A stretch of DNA of 59,594 nt, counting the filler. It is 9 parts of 9 records of this genome, joined end to end, with 100 filler letters (N's around TTAATTAATTAA, not from the genome) between each part and the next. Parts side by side here need not be neighbours in the genome. Positions count along the whole stretch, not along the records: positions 51,513 to 59,594 come from SRR31147125_291911; 8 more parts are not named here. One strand, 5' to 3'. The notes beneath the pieces were generated by a model. That model had not been told where the DNA came from. It saw only the letters and a list, made by a program, of their open reading frames with translations, and made no database searches. The translations under genes were made by a program, and so were the position numbers. Every line of letters starts with the position of its first letter. The stretch's first letter is position 1. Positions 54,521 through 59,594 of this stretch are shown here, piece by piece.

Positions 54521-55219
54521 TTAAATGCCCCCCTTCGATACGGGGACTTTTTTTCGATGCCGGCTCTTTTCCTGCCAGCTAAAAAGGTTCATAACGAGCA
54601 TTATGGCAAAGGATATGGCCAAATCAATCAGCACCCATTTAAACGCCAGAGCGTTGTCACCGGCCGCCATGGCCGAGTAAACAGCCACGGACATCGTTGT
54701 CGTTCGTCCCGGGATGTTTCCCGCGAGCATCATTGTTGCGCCGAATTCACCCAGTCCTCTGGCAAATGCGAGGGCCGTTCCGGCTATCAGGCTGTGGCGG
54801 CAGTTCGGCAGGATGATACGCCAGAAAATAAACGTATTGGTAAGCCCAAGTGTTTGCGCGGAATAGATAAGCGTCCGATGAAACTGCTCAAACGCACCGC
54901 GCATCGTGCGGTACATAAGCGGCACGGCCACCACCGTCGAGGCGATAATCGGCGCGTACCAGGAAAAAACCACCTTCGTGTGAAAGACGTTTATAAAGAA
55001 CTGGCCGGCAGGGCCGCGCGAGCCAAAGAAGATCAGCAGGCAAAAACCAACGACGGTAGGGGGGAGGACCATCGGCAGCGTCAGGAGACCGTCGGCGATA
55101 CCCTTGAGAACCTTGCCCAGGCGATTGACGTAGTAGGCGGCGACGATGCCGATTGCAACGGCGAAAACTGTCGCGGCAAATGCTGTGCGCAGCGAGATCC
55201 AAAGCGGAGATAGATCCAA
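54521..55219 (-). CDS. modB: Molybdate ABC permease
   Basis: LPMVLPPTVVG, FARGLGEFGAT, AGNIPGRT. Confidence 0.95.
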   Translation of the reverse strand: MDLSPLWISLRTAFAATVFAVAIGIVAAYYVNRLGKVLKGIADGLLTLPMVLPPTVVGFCLLIFFGSRGPAGQFFINVFHTKVVFSWYAPIIASTVVAVPLMYRTMRGAFEQFHRTLIYSAQTLGLTNTFIFWRIILPNCRHSLIAGTALAFARGLGEFGATMMLAGNIPGRTTTMSVAVYSAMAAGDNALAFKWVLIDLAISFAIMLVMNLFSWQEKSRHRKKVPVSKGGI

Positions 55220-55280
55220 AATCCCACCTCTTTCTGTTTGCGCGCCGAATTAGAAGACGGCGCGTTATTATTATAACTTA

Positions 55281-55324
55281 AAGTACAAGGTTTTTCAGCA
55301 TCATCGCCGAAAAACCTTGTACTT
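55281..55324 (-). promoter_or_regulatory. Long intercistronic hairpin between modA and modB
   Basis: Perfect 16-bp inverted repeat AAGTACAAGGTTTTTC / GAAAAACCTTGTACTT; probable modA mRNA stabiliser or partial terminator. Confidence 0.7.
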
Positions 55325-55354
55325 AAAACCGCTATGGTTTCAAGAATCGATTAA

Positions 55355-56236
55355 TTAATATGGAAGGAAGCCGCTGGCGTCAAATACGGACAGCGCGGCG
55401 TCTGTTTTCAGGTAATCAATGAAAGCCGCGGCCGCTTCCTGCTGCTCGCTGGCTTTGACGATGGCAACGGGATAGATAACGGGATTGTGGCTGCCGTCGG
55501 GGGCCATAGCGACGATTTTGACATTACCATCCGCCACAGCGTCCGTTTTATAAACGACACCGCAGTCGACCTCGCCCGTGCTGACCCAGGAGAGCACTTG
55601 CTTGACATCGGAGCCTAAGATGGCATTGGCAGTGACGGCATCCCAGAGGTTGAGGAAGGTAAAGGTCTGCTCGGCGTACTGGCCGGCCGGAACGCTGGCC
55701 GGGTCTCCAACGGCAATGGAGGTGACTTTGTCAGTTGCGGCATCCTCAAAGCTTGTCAGATCCAGCGTTGAATCGGTCGGCACGATCAAAACGATCTCAT
55801 TTCTCAGCAGATCGACGCGGGAGCCGTCGGCGATCAAATCCTGGCTTTCCAGCGCATCCATCTGCTTCGTCGCAGCGGAGAAGAATATATCCGACGGTGC
55901 GCCATTTTCGATCTGCGTCTGCAGCTTACCGCTCGAGGCAAAGTCAAGCTTAACTGTTACGCCGGGATGCTCGGCCATATAATTGTCGGCTATCTCGGTC
56001 AGCGGGATGGTAAGGCTCGCGGCTGCAGCTATGATGAGCTCCACCGGCTCGGCGCTGTCATCCGGCTGGGACGCCGGTTCCGACGGTTCAGCCGATGCGG
56101 ACGGTTCGGACGACATCGACGGACTGGGGGAGGCCGTGTCCTGATCGGTCTGGCCGGCGCAGCCGGTCATAAACAGGCCAAAGATCATCAGGAGGGCCAG
56201 AAGGACGGAGGTTGTTTTTCGTTTGTGGTTCAGCAT
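55355..56236 (-). CDS. modA: Molybdate-binding lipoprotein
   Basis: MTGC lipobox, AAASL, FASSGKLQTQIENGA, SVPAGQYA, VYKTDA. Confidence 0.95.
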   Translation of the reverse strand: MLNHKRKTTSVLLALLMIFGLFMTGCAGQTDQDTASPSPSMSSEPSASAEPSEPASQPDDSAEPVELIIAAAASLTIPLTEIADNYMAEHPGVTVKLDFASSGKLQTQIENGAPSDIFFSAATKQMDALESQDLIADGSRVDLLRNEIVLIVPTDSTLDLTSFEDAATDKVTSIAVGDPASVPAGQYAEQTFTFLNLWDAVTANAILGSDVKQVLSWVSTGEVDCGVVYKTDAVADGNVKIVAMAPDGSHNPVIYPVAIVKASEQQEAAAAFIDYLKTDAALSVFDASGFLPY

Positions 56237-56274
56237 AAAAAACCTTCTTTCTCAAAATCGGCGTAAGCCGGTAA

Positions 56275-56318
56275 TAAAAAAACAGCCTGTCTTGCTGAAA
56301 AGGCAAAACAGGCTGTTT
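56275..56318 (-). terminator. Riboswitch expression-platform terminator
   Basis: AACAGCCUGUUUUGC-loop-GCAAGACAGGCUGUU plus U-tract; upstream AAAACAGCC (56345-56353) can pair with the 3' arm as an antiterminator. Confidence 0.85.
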
Positions 56319-56354
56319 CAATAAGAACGGTTTCAATACTGAACGGCTGTTTTG

Positions 56355-56470
56355 TCCCCTTTTCAAATACGGAAGGCCCCATCGTTTCCAATATGGCCCT
56401 GTGAACGGTTGCCCGTCCAGGCTTTCAATTCATGAACTATTTGTTTTTAGATTTGAAAGCTCGGAGACAG
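56355..56470 (-). ncRNA. Moco (molybdenum cofactor) riboswitch
   Basis: CUCCGAGC...CUAA...AUG...GCC..GCAA..CAGGG..GAAAC..GCCUUCCG..GAAAAGGGG pattern in the modA leader. Confidence 0.85.
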
Positions 56471-56482
56471 ATGTTTTTTAAA

Positions 56483-56511
56483 ATTATAATTTAACGCCTT
56501 TTATTTGTCAA
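56483..56511 (-). promoter_or_regulatory. Consensus sigma-A promoter of the mod operon
   Basis: TTGACA-17 nt-TATAAT directly upstream of the riboswitch. Confidence 0.9.
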
Positions 56512-56589
56512 TCAAATTATTGACTGAATGGGTTTGGATACTCGGCTGCATTGAGACGGCTTACCGGGAATACGCAGCAAGTAAATCGG

Positions 56590-56946
56590 CTAGATCTTCG
56601 TCAGTGCCTCCAGCGCGTCCTCGACGCTGCTTTTGAAGAAGACGAGATTTCCCTTGTTGCACTCGTAAATAAAATCATGCAGGCTCCCGCTTGTAACGGA
56701 CGAAAAATCGCCGACAATAGCGATACGGACGCGATAGTTTGAGCACTTTTGCAGCAGCTCGCCGGCTAAGCGTGTCTTAAGATTGAAAAATTCGGGGTTG
56801 ATGCTTTCCTTATAAACAATGAGTCCGTTACAGTCACATTCGTAATGGGCTGTAACAAATAGGTCCAGCATATCCTGCGCGGCGCCGACCTGAACCTCCC
56901 GTTCAACCAGCGCAATGGACACACCGTTTTTCGTAAGCGTCGTCAT
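56590..56946 (-). CDS. DUF4180 protein
   Basis: FFNLKTRLAGELLQK..NYRVRIAIVGDFS...DFIYECNKG. Confidence 0.9.
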   Translation of the reverse strand: MTTLTKNGVSIALVEREVQVGAAQDMLDLFVTAHYECDCNGLIVYKESINPEFFNLKTRLAGELLQKCSNYRVRIAIVGDFSSVTSGSLHDFIYECNKGNLVFFKSSVEDALEALTKI

Positions 56947-56955
56947 ATATACCTC

Positions 56956-57789
56956 CTAACCGAGAAACGGCACGAGATATTCTGGTCCGTTTAATATCAT
57001 GTGTCCGGCATCGTCCAGCAGATGGACTTCTGCCTGTGGCAGAATGTTTTGAACCCGTTCGGCTGCGCCGGCGGCGTCAAGCATATTGTCACGTTTTCCT
57101 GCGACAAATAAAACCGGCATCGTGAGCCTGGAAAGCTCGCCGCTTCCGAAAATGGGCAGCTCCTCCGTAATGGGATTATAGCTTTTCAAGATGAGATTTA
57201 TAAATTCTGCAACCGGATTTGGCAGCGCGTCACCGCCGGTTACGGAGGATTCAACCTTCAAGGTCTCACCCTGCGCATCGGCTTGCCGGGCTTTTTCCAA
57301 CAGCTCCGGCTTTTGGCCGGACAGGCCGCCCGGCGCGATGAGCGCGAGCTTATCTACGCGATCGGGATAGGTCACGGCGAATTTCAAGGCGACCCAGCCG
57401 CCGAGTGAATTGCCGACAATAACCGCGCTTTTGTGGCCGAGCGCGTCCAGTACGTCGCCGAGCCATATGGCAAACGCGTCGGAATGGAGTGACGGGCGCT
57501 GGTCTGCGCTGTTGCCGGCTTCGCCGATAATGTCAACGGCATAGACGCGGTAATGGTCCGACAGCGCGGAGAGCTCCGGCGTCATAAACGCACTGTTGCT
57601 GCACGAGCCGTGGAGCACAACAACCGGCGGGTTTTCCATGCTGCCCGCGTGCAGGATGAAGGTTTTTCCGTATGAGGTATCAACGTATTGATGCCCGAAC
57701 GGGAAGCTGCTGAGGACCGCCTGGTATTGTGCCTGGAAAGTCTCCCGGGTTGCTGATGACTTAAATACGGACTTTGTTATGTTTTTCAA
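56956..57789 (-). CDS. Alpha/beta-fold hydrolase
   Basis: LHGS, GNSLGG nucleophile elbow, GKRD, AGH. Confidence 0.92.
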   Translation of the reverse strand: MKNITKSVFKSSATRETFQAQYQAVLSSFPFGHQYVDTSYGKTFILHAGSMENPPVVVLHGSCSNSAFMTPELSALSDHYRVYAVDIIGEAGNSADQRPSLHSDAFAIWLGDVLDALGHKSAVIVGNSLGGWVALKFAVTYPDRVDKLALIAPGGLSGQKPELLEKARQADAQGETLKVESSVTGGDALPNPVAEFINLILKSYNPITEELPIFGSGELSRLTMPVLFVAGKRDNMLDAAGAAERVQNILPQAEVHLLDDAGHMILNGPEYLVPFLG

Positions 57790-57794
57790 GTTAA

Positions 57795-58235
57795 TTACTC
57801 CGTTTCATTGTTTTCTGTTAAAGCGGCGATGGCATCCATCATAACGGCTGTAAAACGAGCGCCGCCCCAAAGCGTAACGCGGACAACCGCTGACGATTCA
57901 ATATATTGCGTGTGCAGTGAAGACGGGCCAAAACCGGAGGGTTTGGAATTAAGAGCGGCTGATAAAGACGTCATGATGCGAATGGCTTCGTCCTTACTGC
58001 GCACGGTAATATCCGCAACAGCCGAGACCGTTACGACGGCAGCATCATCGGCGCTTTTTTGCGGAATATCCGGTGCGTTTTCTGTAAAGACGCTTAGGTC
58101 ATGCCCAGCGATACGCCAACCCTTTCCGATCTTTGTGGCGCGCAGCTTTCCCTCGCGGATATATCGCTGCACTGTTTTAGGGTGAAGGCTTAACAGCTCC
58201 GACACCTGTTCAACTGTAAAATACGTACTGTCCAT
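57795..58235 (-). CDS. Excisionase-type (HTH_17) DNA-binding protein with a C-terminal extension
   Basis: YFTVEQVSELLSLHPKTVQRYIREGKLRATKIGKGWRI; SD AAGGAG. Confidence 0.9.
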   Translation of the reverse strand: MDSTYFTVEQVSELLSLHPKTVQRYIREGKLRATKIGKGWRIAGHDLSVFTENAPDIPQKSADDAAVVTVSAVADITVRSKDEAIRIMTSLSAALNSKPSGFGPSSLHTQYIESSAVVRVTLWGGARFTAVMMDAIAALTENNETE

Positions 58236-58266
58236 AATGATGCTCCTTATTACTCCGTGTAAGGTC

Positions 58267-58295
58267 ATTATAAGTAACAATGGGGAATATGTCAA
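58267..58295 (-). promoter_or_regulatory. Consensus sigma-A promoter of the HTH-hydrolase-DUF4180 operon
   Basis: TTGACA-17 nt-TATAAT. Confidence 0.85.
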
Positions 58296-58433
58296 GGCTT
58301 TTTATTGCGCATACAGTAAAACATCATTACCATGCTCGTCCTCGCCGGGCGCCAGCCCGCCTTAGTTCGCCACCTAGCCCTGCACAAAAAATCCCCGCCG
58401 ACCTTATGAAAGCTTTCTGTTGAATATGAGTAT

Positions 58434-58464
58434 AAAAAGAAAGCCGCCGATTAAGGCGACTTTC
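58434..58464 (-). terminator. Intrinsic terminator after larC
   Basis: GAAAGUCGCC-uuaauc-GGCGGCUUUC followed by a U-tract. Confidence 0.8.
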
Positions 58465-58497
58465 AGTTCTAGGCTCATAATATTTCGGTGATCTGGT

Positions 58498-59594
58498 TTA
58501 TTTAACCGATTTCATGGCGGAAACGGCAGCGGCGTAGACTCGATTAAATGGTACGCCGTGCGTCTCGGCGGCAGCCCGGACGTCCTCATATTCCGGCTTT
58601 TCTTTGTATACACCGTAGCCGGTGGCCGATTTGATGTGAATTTCGCCATAAGGCGTCGTGACGCGATATACGGTATAATCAAGGACATCGCGGCGCAGCG
58701 TTTGATAACGAAGGCCAAGTGTCGAGGTGTGCTGCAGAAGAAGGTGTGACAGTGCGTCCTTGTCATCGGGTGAGCACAAGCAGGTAAGTATGACGGCGGG
58801 GCGGTTTTTCTTCATGTTGATGGGCGTTGTGAAGACGTCCAGTGCGCCGCTGTCCAATAAAAGCTGCGTGGCATAGCCGATAGCCTCCGGCGTCATATCG
58901 TCGAGATTGCATGCAATCTCAACCACCGCGTCGCCGGAATGCGTCTGCTCGCTCAGATACGCACGAACGCAGTTGGCAGCCTCAAAGTCTTTCGTGCCCA
59001 TGCCGTAACCAATACGTGAGACGGTCATCTCCATGTCGCCGAACCGGGTGACGAACCGGCGCAGAAGCGCCGCACCCGTCGGCGTGCACAGCTCGCCCTT
59101 GATTTGGCCGCCGTAAATGGGAATACCCTTTAAAATATGTGCCGTTGCCGGCGCGGGCACCGGCAGAATACCGTGCGCGGCGCGCACGAAGCCTGAGCCG
59201 ACATGAATAGGCGACGCGTCAATCCGGTCCACGCCGAGCATATGAAACAGCAGACAGCAGCCGACTATATCCACAACGGCGTCCATCGAGCCGACCTCGT
59301 GAAAGCGGATAGTATCAAGCGCTACGCCGTGTACGGCAGACTCGGCTTCGCCGATCAGCTTATAGACGTCCAGCGCCTCGGCCTTGACGTTTTCAGCCAG
59401 GTCCAGTCCGCCAATCAGCTCCCGGATATCATTGTAGGTGTAGTGGCCGTGCTCATGCGTATGGTCCGGTTCGTGAGCATGGATGTGTTCGTGTTGATGA
59501 TCGTGAGCATGGATATGCTCATGGTCGTGGTCACGGTCACGGTCGTGGTCACGGTCGTGGTCACGGTCGTGGTCATGGTCGTGGTCATGGTCGT
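58498..59594 (-). CDS. larC: Nickel-pincer cofactor nickel insertase LarC (5' truncated)
   Basis: His-rich linker, FHEVGSMDA, HGILPVPAPAT, GELCTPTGAA, NLDDMTPE, MKKNRP, KPEYED. Confidence 0.95.
   Translation of the reverse strand, partial: DHDHDHDHDRDHDRDHDRDRDHDHEHIHAHDHQHEHIHAHEPDHTHEHGHYTYNDIRELIGGLDLAENVKAEALDVYKLIGEAESAVHGVALDTIRFHEVGSMDAVVDIVGCCLLFHMLGVDRIDASPIHVGSGFVRAAHGILPVPAPATAHILKGIPIYGGQIKGELCTPTGAALLRRFVTRFGDMEMTVSRIGYGMGTKDFEAANCVRAYLSEQTHSGDAVVEIACNLDDMTPEAIGYATQLLLDSGALDVFTTPINMKKNRPAVILTCLCSPDDKDALSHLLLQHTSTLGLRYQTLRRDVLDYTVYRVTTPYGEIHIKSATGYGVYKEKPEYEDVRAAAETHGVPFNRVYAAAVSAMKSVK
59522..59594 (-). repeat. 6-bp tandem repeat encoding (H/R)D dipeptides in the LarC linker
   Basis: CAC/CAT/CGT-GAC repeated about 12 times up to the window edge. 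Confidence 0.9.

Noticed and set aside
57795-58235. Prophage or ICE excisionase marking a mobile element
   Set aside because: No integrase, att site or phage genes nearby; the operon context suggests a regulator.

Overview
This window is not one locus. It is nine unrelated contigs joined by 100-nt spacers (N44-TTAATTAATTAA-N44), so nothing should be inferred across the joins. (1) 1-7077, GC-rich bacterium, possibly a spirochaete: MoxR operon, GNAT, DUF4203-like membrane protein, Spy/CpxP-like protein, ECF sigma and anti-sigma. (2) 7178-12308, alphaproteobacterium: lptG-lptD-surA-pdxA. (3) 12409-18730, an extremely intron-dense microbial eukaryote: a multi-C2 + calponin-homology gene and a 6-exon cytidylyltransferase, both reconstructed by hand. 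(4) 18831-24023: ABC ATPase preceded by a probable leader-peptide attenuator, lipoprotein serpin, zupT, YeiH-type exporter, 4Fe-4S protein. (5) 24124-30129: radC, bioA, xseA, hypotheticals, thermonuclease. (6) 30230-37332: one uninterrupted >2360-codon ORF of ~700-aa beta-helix/LamG/discoidin repeats. (7) 37433-44917, alphaproteobacterium: CheR-type PAS protein, histidine kinase, an SdsA-like protein lacking its metal ligands, DUF1254/DUF1214 proteins. (8) 45018-51412: asnB, a priming glycosyltransferase fused to a degenerate GGDEF (RxxD) domain facing a stand-alone paralog, AMP-ligase, NadE-like protein. (9) 51513-59594, clostridial: aconitase X, MerR stub, Moco riboswitch-modABC, HTH-hydrolase-DUF4180, larC. 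About ten 1-nt indels at homopolymers break bacterial genes and are probably sequencing errors. The best candidates for new biology are the putative c-di-GMP-gated polysaccharide initiation locus, the 12-aa leader-peptide attenuator, the giant modular lectin/beta-helix protein and the eukaryote's gene and intron architecture. All family calls come from motif recognition by eye, with no database search.
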